Positions 52,601-63,579 of a DNA stretch of 64,000 nucleotides are shown piece by piece; the stretch's first letter is position 1, and every line of letters begins with the position of its first letter. The notes under the pieces were generated by a model that did not search any database, had not been told where the DNA came from, and saw nothing but the letters and a program-made list of their open reading frames with translations. The position numbers and the translations under genes were made by a program. This stretch comes from Leucoraja ocellata (Eukaryota), in NCBI GenBank assembly GCA_036785375.1, contig JAWMAR010000258.1:1922001-1986000 (forward strand), given 5' to 3'.

Positions 52601-54475
52601 TTAATATTGAGCAACAAACATCAGTGTAGAAATGAGGAACTGCAGATGCTGGTTTACAAAGAAACCACAAAGGACTGGCTCAGTGGTTGTGGCTGTGTGT
52701 GTGAGTGAGGCTGTGAATATCACTCACTCAGTACCACTCCCGCATCCGGAGTGAAGCCACTGTCCGTTTAGTTCAGTTTGGTGTAGATATACCGCGCGGA
52801 AACAGGCCTTTCGGCCCACCGAGTCCGCGCCGTCCAGCGATCTCCGCACACTAACACTATCCATCGGGACAATTTACATCTATACCAAGACAATTAACCT
52901 ACAAACCTGCACGTCTTTGGAGTGTGGGAGACCGGAGCACCCGGAGAAATCCGGCGCAGGTCACGGGGAGAAAGTACAAACTCCACACAGACAGCATCTG
53001 TAGTCAGGATTGAACCCGGTCCCTGGCGCTGTAAGGCAGCGACTCTACCGCTGCACCACCGCAGAAATGGCGTTGCCTCGTGGCTAGGGAGAAGGGGAAC
53101 TCTCTCTCTCTGTCTCTATCTTTAGTACGGGTGTCAGGGGTTATGGGGCGAAGGCAGGAAAATGCGGTTAGGAGGGAGAGATAGATCAGCCATGATTAAA
53201 TGGCGTAGTAGACTTGAGGGCTGAATGGCCTAATTCTGCTCCAATCACTTATGAACAGGACAAGTTTGGACGTCCAGGGTTGTGAAGCTTGTGGGAGATC
53301 TCTAAAGTCTGTGGACTGGGGGATACCAGTTGTGGATCTTCAGATGTTAGAGACGTTGACTCCACTCATGAACCCGTAGAGAACCAGGCGGGAAGTCTCC
53401 CCCGCGGTGACCCCAAGATCACCACTGATCGCCACCTCCATGTGATCACGCCAGGGGCAAGGAAAAGACAGAGAGACGAGGAAAGACGGGGAGATTGAGA
53501 GAGGCTGAGACAGAGAGACGGTGAGACTGGGAGAGACTGTGAGAGGTTGTGAGACTGGGAGACCGAGAGCGATTGGGACCCTGAGAGACTTTGAGTGAGA
53601 GAGACAGGAGAGGCTGAGAGGCTTTGAGACTGAAAGACTGTGAGACTGAGAGAGACAGAGAGATTTTGGAATGAAGTGAGTTTACTGGCTTCATCTCCTC
53701 TGTAAGTCTACTCTGCTCAACGTTAATTAATTGCTCGAACGTCTTTGTGGAAAATTCTAACGATAAAATGTGAGGGACTGGAGCGTAGGTTCACCAGGTT
53801 AATTCCCGGGATGGCGGGGCTGTCATATGCTGAGAGAATAGAGGCGGCTGGGCTTGTACACTCTGGAGTTTAGAAGGATGAGAGGATATCTTTATTGAAA
53901 CATATAAGATTATTAAGGGTTTGGACACGCAAGGGGCAGGAAACATGTTCCCGATGTTGAGGGAGTCCAGAACCTGGGGCCACAGTTTATGAATAAGGAG
54001 TAAGCCATTTAGAAACGGAGACGAGGAAACACTTCTTCACACAGAGAGTTGAGAGTTGTGAGTACGTGGAATTCCCTGTCTCAGACGGCGGTGGAGGCCG
54101 GTTCTCTGGAAACTTTCTAGAGAGAGCTAGATAGGGCTCTTGAAGATAGTCAGGGGATATGGGGAGAAGGCAGGAATGGGGTACTGATTGGGGATGATCA
54201 GCCATGATCACATTGAATGGCGGTGCTAGCTTGAAGAGCTATATGGCCTACTCCTGCGCCTATTGTCTATGGTCTATTTATTGTTTTACATCTTTAAGTG
54301 GAATGTTAGAAATACAGGGGAATCGATAATAATTTGGTGCGAATTAGTTGGATTAGATTAGTTTTCTTTCGTGTCCATCTTCCATGTTTCAAATGTTGAC
54401 ATCGCTGTCATCGTCAATCCTGAAAAGGACACAAGCTTCTGGCGACAATCATTGAAGCCATCACTTGTTGCAGTA

Positions 54476-54976
54476 GAGGGGGAGAGAGGGGGGGGGGGGG
54501 GAGGGGGGGGGGGGAGAGAGGGGGGGGGGGAGGGGGAGAGGGAGGGGGGGGAGAGAGAGGGAAAAAGAGGGAGGGATAGATAGATGGGGGAGAGAGTGAA
54601 AGAGGGAGGGAGAGTGAGGGGGAGAGAGAGCGAGGAAGAGGGCAGGGATAGAGAGATGGGGGGTAGAGAGGGGGGGGAGAGTGAGGGAGAGAGAGGGAAG
54701 AGAGAGAGAGAGGTGGGGGGGGGGGGGAGAGACACGGAACCTCACCTTCCTTTCTCCAGAGATGCTGCCAATCATTGGAAGCCATCACTTGTTGCAGTAG
54801 AGGGGGAGAGAGGGGGGGGGAGAGAGGGGGGGAGAGGGGGGGGAGAGGGGGGGGGAGAGAGGGGGGGGGAGAGAGGGAGGGGGGGGGGAGAGAGAGGGAA
54901 AAAGAGGGGAGGGATAGATAGATGGGGGGTAGAGAGTGGGGGGGGGGGGTAGAGCGAGGGAGAGAGAGAGGGAAGA

Positions 54977-55007
<31 letters not shown>

Positions 55008-55025
55008 GGGGGGGGGGGGAGAGAC
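54476..55025. repeat. Purine-rich G/A tract, internally duplicated; a similar tract lies at 58200-58460
   Basis: Two blocks each starting aagccatcacttgttgcagtagagggg. Confidence 0.85.
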
Positions 55026-55254
55026 ACGGAACTTCACCTTCCTTTCTCCAGAGATGCTGCCTGACCCGCTGAGTTACTCCAGTTTTTTGTGTCTATCCTC
55101 GGTATAAACCATTAAGTGCAGTGCCAAGCCGGGCAAAATGACTCGGCATTTAGGATTTGAAAAGAAGCGGCCGCTATCAGCAAAGATACGAGAGGATCTA
55201 TGATCTTTGGTTATCAGTGCGGGTGGGGCGGGGCGGGAAGCAACGGCCGCCATT

Positions 55255-55520
55255 GCGGGATTGGGCGGGAGCGAGCGTCGACAGTTGGGCGGGGCGGGGA
55301 GCGAGCGTGGACAGTTGGGCGGGGCGGGAGCGAGCGCCGACAGTTGGTCGGGCCGGGAGCGAGCGCCGACAGTTGGTCGGGCCGGGAGCGAGCGCCGACA
55401 GTTGGTCGGGGCGGGAGCGAGCGCCGACAGTTGGGCGGGGCGGGAGCGAGCGTCGACAGTTGGGCGGGGCGGGGAGCGAGCGCCGACAGTTGGGCGGGGC
55501 GGGAGCGAGCGTCGACAGTA
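55255..55520. repeat. CpG-rich minisatellite of about 29 bp ([29 protein letters not shown])
   Basis: About nine tandem units. Confidence 0.88.
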
Positions 55521-55915
55521 TCGAGGCGGACACAGCTGGGGGGTGGGGCGGCGCGGGCGGTTGATGGGCGCCGACCATTGAGAGGGCGAAGGCGGGCGGG
55601 CGGGAGTGTCAACAGCTGGAGGCCGTGAGCGAACGGGCGTCGATAGTTGGGTCGGCGGGAGGTTAACGGGCGACTAACGCTGGAGCCGCGCGCGGGAACG
55701 TTGACAGCTGGAGCCGGAGCGAGAACCATGCGGCCGCCCGCGCATGCTTGGGGAGGCGGGGCCTCGCGCGCTGTCCATCAAAGATCCTAGAGGAACAAGA
55801 TAGACCACTCCTCCGAAATCCAATGGACTGGCGTGTAGTACGTGACGGAACGTCACGGCCGCCATTTTTCAATGCGACACGCGACTTCCGGTATGCCACC
55901 CGCTGTGATCCAAAG

Positions 55916-55946
55916 CAAAGATTATAGAGCTCCGCTATAATCTTTG
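55916..55946. mobile_element. 31-bp CAAAGAT...ATCTTTG mini-element with perfect 8-bp TSD (probable P-element excision footprint); others at 55181-55209, 58499-58534, 58578-58611
   Basis: Flanks ATCCAAAG/ATCCAAAG, GCTATCAG/GTTATCAG, ATTCCGAC/ATTGCGGC and ATTGCACC/ATTGCACC. Confidence 0.72.
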
Positions 55947-56362
55947 ATCCAAAGCAAAGATCCCGAGTATCTTGTAGCGGGAACAGCCCCTCCTTTGCGT
56001 AGTTTCCCTTGCATTGTATTGCTTTAACACACACTGCACAAAATTAAATTTAACGTATATATATTATATATATTTATATGAATGTGTGTCTGTGTGTGAG
56101 AGGCAAGTTAGAGATAGTTAAGTTTATTCTCATGGATCAGAAGCAACTTTGATTTAAATAATCACTATTAATTTATTTGTCTTGTAAGATGATATACATA
56201 AACCATAAAGGNNNNNNNNNNNNNNNNNNNNNNNNNNNNNNNNNNNNNNNNNNNNNNNNNNNNNNNNNNNNNNNNNNNNNNNNNNNNNNNNNNNNNNNNN
56301 NNNNNNNNNNNNNNNNNNNNNNNNNNNNNNNNNNNNNNNNNNNNNNNNNNNNNNNNNNNNNN

Positions 56363-56497
56363 CATATGGATACATTTATATGCATACATACACACATATA
56401 AACATATATATACATACATATATACACACATATACATATACGTGCATATATACACATATATGCATATATACACATACATATATATTTATACATATGA
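56363..56497. repeat. (TA/CA)n microsatellite next to the gap
   Basis: Direct reading. Confidence 0.85.
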
Positions 56498-56499
56498 TT

Positions 56500-57680
56500 A
56501 ACATGTAGAGGAACCAACGAGAGAGCAGGCTATTTTAGACTGGGTATTGAGTAATGAGGAAGGGTTAGTTAGCAATCTTGTTGTACGTGCCCCCTTGGGC
56601 AAGAGTGACCATAATATGGTTGAGTTCTTCATTAGGCAGGCAGTGACTAGTGGGGTACCGCAAGGCTCAGTGCTGGGACCCCAGCTATTTACAATATATA
56701 TTAATGATCTGGATGAGGGAATTGAAGGCAATATCTCCAAGTTTGCGGATGACACTAAGCTGGGGGGCAGTGTTAGCTGTGAGGAGGATGCTAGGAGACT
56801 CCAAGGTGACTTGGATAGGCCGGGTGAGTGGGCAAATGTTTGGCAGATGCAGTATAATGTGGATAAATGTGAGGTTATCCATTTTGGTGGCAAAAACAGG
56901 AAAGCAGACTGTTATCTAAATGGCGGCCGACTAGGAAAAGGGGAGATGCAGCGAGACCTGGGTGTCATGGTACACCAGTCATTGAAAGTAGGCATGCAGG
57001 TGCAGCAGGCAGTGAAGAAAGCGAATGGTATGTTAGCTTTCATAGCGAAAGGATTTGAGTATAGGAGCAGGGAGGTTCTACTGCAGTTGTACAGGGTCTT
57101 GGTGAGACCACACCTGGAGTATTGCGTACAGTTTTGGTCTCCAAATCTGAGGAAGGACATTATTGCCATAGACGGAGTGCAGAGAAGGTTCACCAGACTG
57201 ATTCCTGGGATGTCAGGACTGTCTTATGAAGAAAGACTGGATAGACTTGGTTTATACTCTCTAGAATTTAGAAGATTCTAAGAGAGGGGATCTTATAGAA
57301 ACTTACAAAATTCTTAAGGGGTTGGGCAAGCTAGATGCAGGAAGATTGTTCCCGATGTTGGAGAAGTCCAGGACAAGGGGTCACAGCTTAAGGATAAGGG
57401 TGAAATCCTTTAAAACCGATATGAGAAGAACCTTTTTCACACAGAGAGTGGTGAATCTCTGGAACTCTCTGCCGCAGAGGGTAGTCGAGGACAGTTCATT
57501 GGCTATATTTAAGAGGGAGTTAGATGTGGCCCTTGTGGCTAAGGGGATCAGAGGGTATGGAGAGAAGGCAGGTATGGGATACTGAGTTGGATGATCAGCC
57601 ATGATCATATTGAATGGCGGTGCAGGCTCGAAGGGCCGAATGGCCTACTCCTGCACCTAATTTCTATGTTTCTATGTTTC
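56500..57680 (+). mobile_element. CR1 LINE with an internal deletion of about 1.2 kb
   Basis: ORF jumps from VEFFIR to [10 protein letters not shown]; complete 3' end and tail. Confidence 0.9.
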
Positions 57681-59977
57681 TATTATTTTCCAACGATCAA
57701 TAGATTTACGATCAGTTCCTGTGGATTGGAGGGTAGCTAATGCTATCCCACTTTTCAAGAAAGGAGCGAGAGAGAAAACGGGGAATTACAGACCAGTTAG
57801 CCTGACTTTGGTGGTGTGAAAGATGCTGGAGTCAATTATTAAATATGTAATAATGGGGCATTTGGATAGCAGTAAAAGGATTAGTCCAAGTCAACATGGA
57901 TTTATGATTTTACAATGCATTTAAGTCTCTCCCATTGTTATGAGATGAATTCCTGGAATATGTAGGAAGTTTATTGTAACCTAGTGCTACTTGCCTGAAC
58001 AATGGATGATATATCACTTAAATGCAATTGTTTTCAGTTGTGTGGAGAGACCTGTATATTGAAAATGCGTTTTGCCTCTAATATGTCAATTTACCTTAAA
58101 TGTAGAAGAGCTTATTAAAATCTTCTTACAAAGACCATTAAGTATTTTCTTTCTATCCTCTTTTGGACCCAAGGCATAGCAGTGCTGCCAACTCTCACGA
58201 AGAGGTAAGGGAGGGAGAGATGGAAGGGAGGGAGAGAGGGAAGGGAGGGAGATCGCGAAGAGAGGGGGAGAGAGAGAGAGAGAGAGAGATCGAGAGAAGA
58301 GAGGGGAGCGAGAGATCGAGAGGAGGGGAGAGGGAGATCGAGAGAAGAGAGGGAGAAGGGGGGAGAGGGAGAAGGGGGAGAGGGAGAAGGGGGAGGGAGA
58401 AGGGGAAAGGGGGGGACAGGGAGAAGGGGGACAGGGAGAAGGGGGAGAGGGAGAGTGGAACGATAGCACATTATAACGCGCAGCCGTCCCATTCCGACCA
58501 AAGATTATAGAGCAGAGCTCCACTAGTATCTTTGATTGCGGCCGCCGCCACCGATCCCCCCGACCCACCATTGCACCTAAAAGATGATAGAGCAGAGTTA
58601 TATAATATTTGATTGCACCCTTCTTCACGGCGGGCTTGTGATCTTTGCTTGTGATGTCTTGACAATTCGAGGAATATATAATGGGTAACAGCCGCCCATT
58701 CTCGGACTTGAATCTGAGCTCGAGAAATCTCCTGGTCACTGGACCTAATGTGTCCCGCGGGCCATATTGTGGAGACCAATCCCTTACAAGAACAAAACCA
58801 AAAACGTACAGAAGTGTTAAAATTGTCTTTATTATTATGGTAAGTAAAGAACTATTAAAAATAAGTCTAATAACTTTCTAATGTACCGACAAACCTAGTT
58901 TCCCAATGGCCGTTGATGGGAGAACAGAAAATAACATTTTCACGACAGAATATCGACTGAAAATAATAAAAATATTTTCTCACGTTTCTTTTTTATTGGG
59001 GAACCTAAAGAATGACAGGTCGGGTCGTTTAGATTTACGATTAGAATACTTGATAGCAGAGCAGTGAGATGAAATTTAGATAAGGACGCCATGACAGTGT
59101 GGGGAAGCCCAATAAATGCCTCGAAAAATGGCGTCGACGATCACACACGTCATACTACGCGTTTTTCGAGGAGCGGTCTATCTTGGTCCTCTAGGATCTT
59201 TGCGACTGACTGACCCTGACCCTAACCCTAATCCTAGCCTAGCTGTACATTTGTTATTTATCATTTTTATTTAACAGTTCACATTATAACTTTATAAAGA
59301 GAAATCAATTGAAAATCAAAATGATCAGCAAGGTGAGCATTACCTTTATTCCTTGGAAACCTTGTTATTGCTACTGATATAATGAGGAGGCAGCCATGAT
59401 CCCAGGGTCCTCGCTGCCTAGCGACCATGAAACAAAACGCGGCATTGGTCAATTAGCGTCTGACCTCAATGTCAAACGTGCATTGATTGGACAATTACTG
59501 CTCTGAAAATTGGAAGTTTTAGTCATATTTAAACAAAATGTGCAGGTTTTGTTCTTGACGAGTTTCAGGTATGATTTATATCATATTTTTACACAATATG
59601 TGAAAAATTCAGGTTGTTCCGTGAGTTGGGTCATGAACCTGAAGGAAAAAACTCCTCGGCCCACAGCCTAATAGGAACGATTTAGATTGAGAAAGATAAT
59701 TGGGCAATTGGGACGATCTTAGATCTTGGTCAGCATGGATGAGTTGGGCCGAAGGGCCTGTTTCCATGCTGTATGACTCTATGAAGAGTCTTCAACCTGA
59801 AACGTTAACCTTTCCTCTTTCTCCAGACGCTGCCTGACCTGTTGAGTATTTTCGTTGTTTATTTCAGACTTGCAGCATCTGCAGGTTTGTTTGAATTCCG
59901 TGGGATTCATGGATGGTTGGTACAAAATGATGATTCACTGCTGGAAGAATCTGCAGCTGAAGCCGCTGACTGGCTCA

Positions 59978-60048
59978 TCATTCAGAGTCCATCTTCTCCC
60001 ACGCAATGTCCAACTGAGTTCTCTTCACAGTCTCATAGCCTTCGAAAC
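59978..60048 (-). CDS. Gene B probable terminal coding exon (GFEGYETVKRTQLDIAWEKMDSE*)
   Basis: Acceptor ttttattctcag|, phase 1 matches the previous exon, ends TGA TGA; non-repeat sequence between repeats. Confidence 0.65.
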
Positions 60049-60784
60049 CTGAGAATAAAACCAAATATGTGTTAGAAAGAACTGCAGATGCTGGTTTAAA
60101 CATTGACTTCCCCAACTTCAGATAGTCCTTGCTTTCGCTCTCCATCCCCATCCCCTTCCCAGTTCTCCCACCAGTCTTACTGTCTCCGCCTACATTCTAT
60201 CTGTCGCGCCCCCTCCCCTGACATCAGTCTGAAGGAGGGGCTCGACCCGAAACGTCACCCATTCCTTCTCTTCGGAGATGCTGAGTTACTCCAACATTTT
60301 GTGTCTACCTTCGAATAAAACCACATGACAGACTTTACCTGCCATGTCCAAGCATCATAATAATCTGAGCACAGAGAAGATTTTCGAGGATGTTTAGTTT
60401 AGAGATACAGTGCGGAAACAGGCCCTTCGGCCCGAGCGATCCCCGTACACAAACACTATCCCACACATTGGGGTCAATTTACAATCTTTTACCAAAGCCA
60501 ATTAAGGATGTGGGAGGAAACCGGAGCACTGGGAGTAAACCCACGTGTTCACAGGGAGATCATGCAAACTCCGTACAGACAGCACCCGTAGTCAGGATGG
60601 AACCCGGGTCTTTGGCACTGTGAGGCAGCAAGTCTACCGCTGTACCATGATGCAGGAAGGGGAGGAAGGAATGGAGGGGTGTGTTGGAGCATTGGAGAGG
60701 CGGCACCAGTGCAGCGCATGTCACAGCAGCTGGCTGGGGTTCGCTGCGGCAATGCACCATGCGCGTTTGGTCATCGGCACTCAC

Positions 60785-60878
60785 CGTCACTCATGGCGAT
60801 GGGGCAGGAGGTGTCTGCCACCTCTGCCTTCTTCCTCCGGCACATACGGCTGAACCAGTTGCTGTATTCTCTCCTCAC
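60785..60878 (-). CDS. Gene B helix-8/C-tail exon (VRREYSNWFSRMCRRKKAEVADTSCPIAMSD)
   Basis: VRxEYxxW helix-8 motif; acceptor ggcag|, donor GACG|gtgagt; phase 0-1. Confidence 0.88.
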
Positions 60879-61722
60879 CTGCCCACAGAAGGTAGCGTAA
60901 ATAAACAAATCAGCACAAAAACATCGCACGTGACCGTACACTGACGACGTGAAAGCGAACCGTAGATTATTAATGTTCTTTAGATTTTTAGTTTAGAGAT
61001 ACAGCGTGGAAACCAGTCCTTGTCACTTGAAAATCTGAGTCCTTGTGTCATCCGACCTACATTGCCACTGTATACTTACAAACTATTGATTCAGAATTAA
61101 AGAACATTCATTTAAGAAGGAGATGAGGAGGAATTTCTTTAGTCGGTGGCGAATCTGTGGAATCCGTTGACACAGACGGCTGTGGAGGCCAAGACATTGG
61201 TTATTTTTAAAGCAGAGAATGACAGATTCTTGATTAGTACGGGGGTCAAAGGTTATGGTGAGAGGGCAAGAGAATGGGGTCAAGAGGGAAGACAGATCAG
61301 CCATGATTGAATGGTAGAGTGGACTTGATGGGCTGAATGGTCTAATTCTGTTCTCATGAACTGATGAATTCTGTTGTTGGTGAAGGGCGACACGGTGGTG
61401 CAGCAGTAGAGTTGTTGCCTCACAGCGCCAGAGACCCGGGTTCGATCCTGACTACGGGTGCTGTCTGTACGGAGTTTGCATGTTCTCCCCGTGACCGGGT
61501 GGGTTTTCTCCGGGTTCTCCCGTTTCCTCCCACACTCCAAAGACGTACAGGTTTGTAGGTTAATTGGCTTCGGTAAAAAATGAAAATTGTCTCTAATGTT
61601 TAGGATAGAATCAGAGAGTCATAGAGTGATATATGTGGAAACAGGCCCTTCGGCCCAACTTTCCCACACCGGCCAACATGTCCCATCTACAGCAGAATAG
61701 CGTGAGGGTGAGAGCAGATTAC

Positions 61723-61891
61723 CTGCTGGTTCAGCAGGCAGTGGACCAGGAAGATGAACACTCCCTGGGAGCCGTTTACAATGGTGAATATGTACGACAA
61801 CACTATGGTGTCCTTGTTCAGTTGGAAAAGTCCAATGACCCATGAGCAGCCCAACACAACGAATTGGGCCATGGTCTTGAAGGTCCGTATC
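61723..61891 (-). CDS. Gene B (next ADGRE-like paralog, 5' part right of window): TM6-TM7 exon
   Basis: IRTFKTMAQFVVLGCSWVIGLFQLNKDTIVLSYIFTIVNGSQGVFIFLVHCLLNQQ; 169 nt, phase 2-0, compatible with an exon-14-type upstream exon. Confidence 0.93.
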
Positions 61892-63579
61892 CTGGTGATT
61901 TACAAAGACAGGGTGAGGACCTCAACCCAGCAGTGAACCGTGCCCAAAATCCCCTCAACCCCCTACATTCCTTCCCCTCTCTCTCGTCTCCCTCTCCAAG
62001 ATTCAAGATTCAATTTAATTGTCATTTGGACCCCTTGAGGTCCAAACGAAATGCCGTTTCTGCAGCCATACATTACAAACAAATAGACCCAAGACACAAC
62101 ATAATTTACATAAACATGCATCACATCGCTGTGATGGAAGGCCAAAAAAATGTATCTCTCCACTGCACTCTCCCCCCCCCCCCCCCCCCGATGTCAGAGT
62201 CAAAGTCAAAGCCCCCGGCTGGCGATGGCGATTGTCCCGCGGCCATTAAAGCCACGCCGGGTGATACAAGGTCGCAAACCGGGTCTTGCTGTTAGAGCCC
62301 CCGGCGTGCGCTCGCAGAGTCCCGCGGCCATTCCAAGCCGCGCGGAGCGGTGATGTCAGGCCCCGCTCCAGGAGCTTTTTAACCCCGCAACTCGGGCGGG
62401 AGAAGTCGCCATTGCAGGAGCCCTGAAAAGCGGTCTCCCTCCAAGGGCCTGCGGGCTCCCGGTGCCGCCGTCCACCAGACCCGCAGTTGCAGCCTCCGAA
62501 TCTCCGGAGGTCGGGCCGCAGCAGCAGCAGCGCTCCACCACCGCTCCACCCGCTCTGGACTCGGCCAGCTCCGCGACGGTGAGGTGAGTCGTCGGCACCA
62601 GAGTCCCCGGTCTTCTCCTGTTGGAGGCTGCTCCTCGTTGCAGCCCCAACGACAACAGAGACCCGACAGAAAAGGTCGGGTCTCCCGTGCAGGGAGAGAT
62701 TTAAAAGTTACCCCCTCCCTCCCACCCCACCCCCCCCACACACACACCCCAACAAAAAATAACAAAAACTACATAGAAACATAGACAAAAAATAATAAAA
62801 ACGCGGACGGGCTGCAGAGGCCGCTGCTGACGAGAGTCGCGCCGCCTACCGGATCTCCCCGACTCTCAGTCTGAAGAAGTGGTCACATACACCAAGTATG
62901 AAGAAGTGTCTCGACCCGAAACATCACCCGTTCCTTCTTCCCAGAGATGCTTCCTATCCCGTTGAGTTACTCCAGCATTTTGTGTCTAACTACTATCTAC
63001 CTCACTGGTGACTCTCAGACTATCCTTGATTGGACTTTGCTGGCTTTACCTTGCACTAAACGTTATTCCCTTATCATGTATCTATACACTGTAAATGGCT
63101 CAATTGTAATCACGTATTGTGTTTCCGCTGACTGGATAGCTTTTCACTGTACCTCGGTACACGTGACAATAAACTAAACTAAACTGAACTGGGAACATGA
63201 GGAAAGGAACTGCAGATGCTGGTTTAAACCACAGATAGACACAACAAGCTGGAGTAACTCAATGGATCAGGCAGCATCACTGGAGAGAAGGAAACAATGG
63301 CCTGTATCCTTTATCATCATTACTTTTTTGCATATCATTCATTTGTTCTATTTATTTTTAAGAAAGAACTGCAGATGTTGGAAAAATCGAAGGTAGACAA
63401 AAATGCTGGAGAAACACAGCGGGTGGGGCAGCATCTATGGAGCGACGGAAATAGGTGACGTTTCGGGTCAAGACCGTTCTTCAGTCTGATGTGGGGCGGG
63501 GGGGGCGGGAAAAATAAAAGAGGCGGAGACAGTGGGCTGTGGATGAGCTGGGAAGGGGAGGGGAAGAAAGGAGAAAGCA

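Larger units (their letters stand above)
9544..53020. repeat. Tandem segmental duplication: about 9544-31702 versus 31903-53020 (offset 22359 at the left end)
   Basis: Colinear exons, introns and TE junctions; the two units meet at the 200-N gap. Confidence 0.92.
55779..59202 (-). mobile_element. Decayed P-element-like DNA transposon with about 35-bp inverted termini and a THAP-domain first-exon relic
   Basis: caaagatcctagaggaacaagatagaccactcctc at 55779 matches the reverse complement of 59168-59202 at 33/35. Minus 58984-59092 reads MASLSK(frameshift)SSHCSAIKYSNRKSKRPDLSFFRFPNKKE followed by a gtgaga donor. Confidence 0.7.

Noticed and set aside
55255-55520. CRISPR-like array, or repeat-protein ORFs 55157..55729
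   Set aside because: Tandem minisatellite without unique spacers, in eukaryotic DNA.
59213-59240. Telomere-like CCCTAA repeats
   Set aside because: Only about four degenerate units; too short to interpret.
61995-62850. GC-rich ORFs at 62.0-62.8 kb and 16.1-16.6 kb
   Set aside because: Both share motifs such as gctgtgatggaaggc and look like non-autonomous interspersed repeats; no protein similarity recognised.
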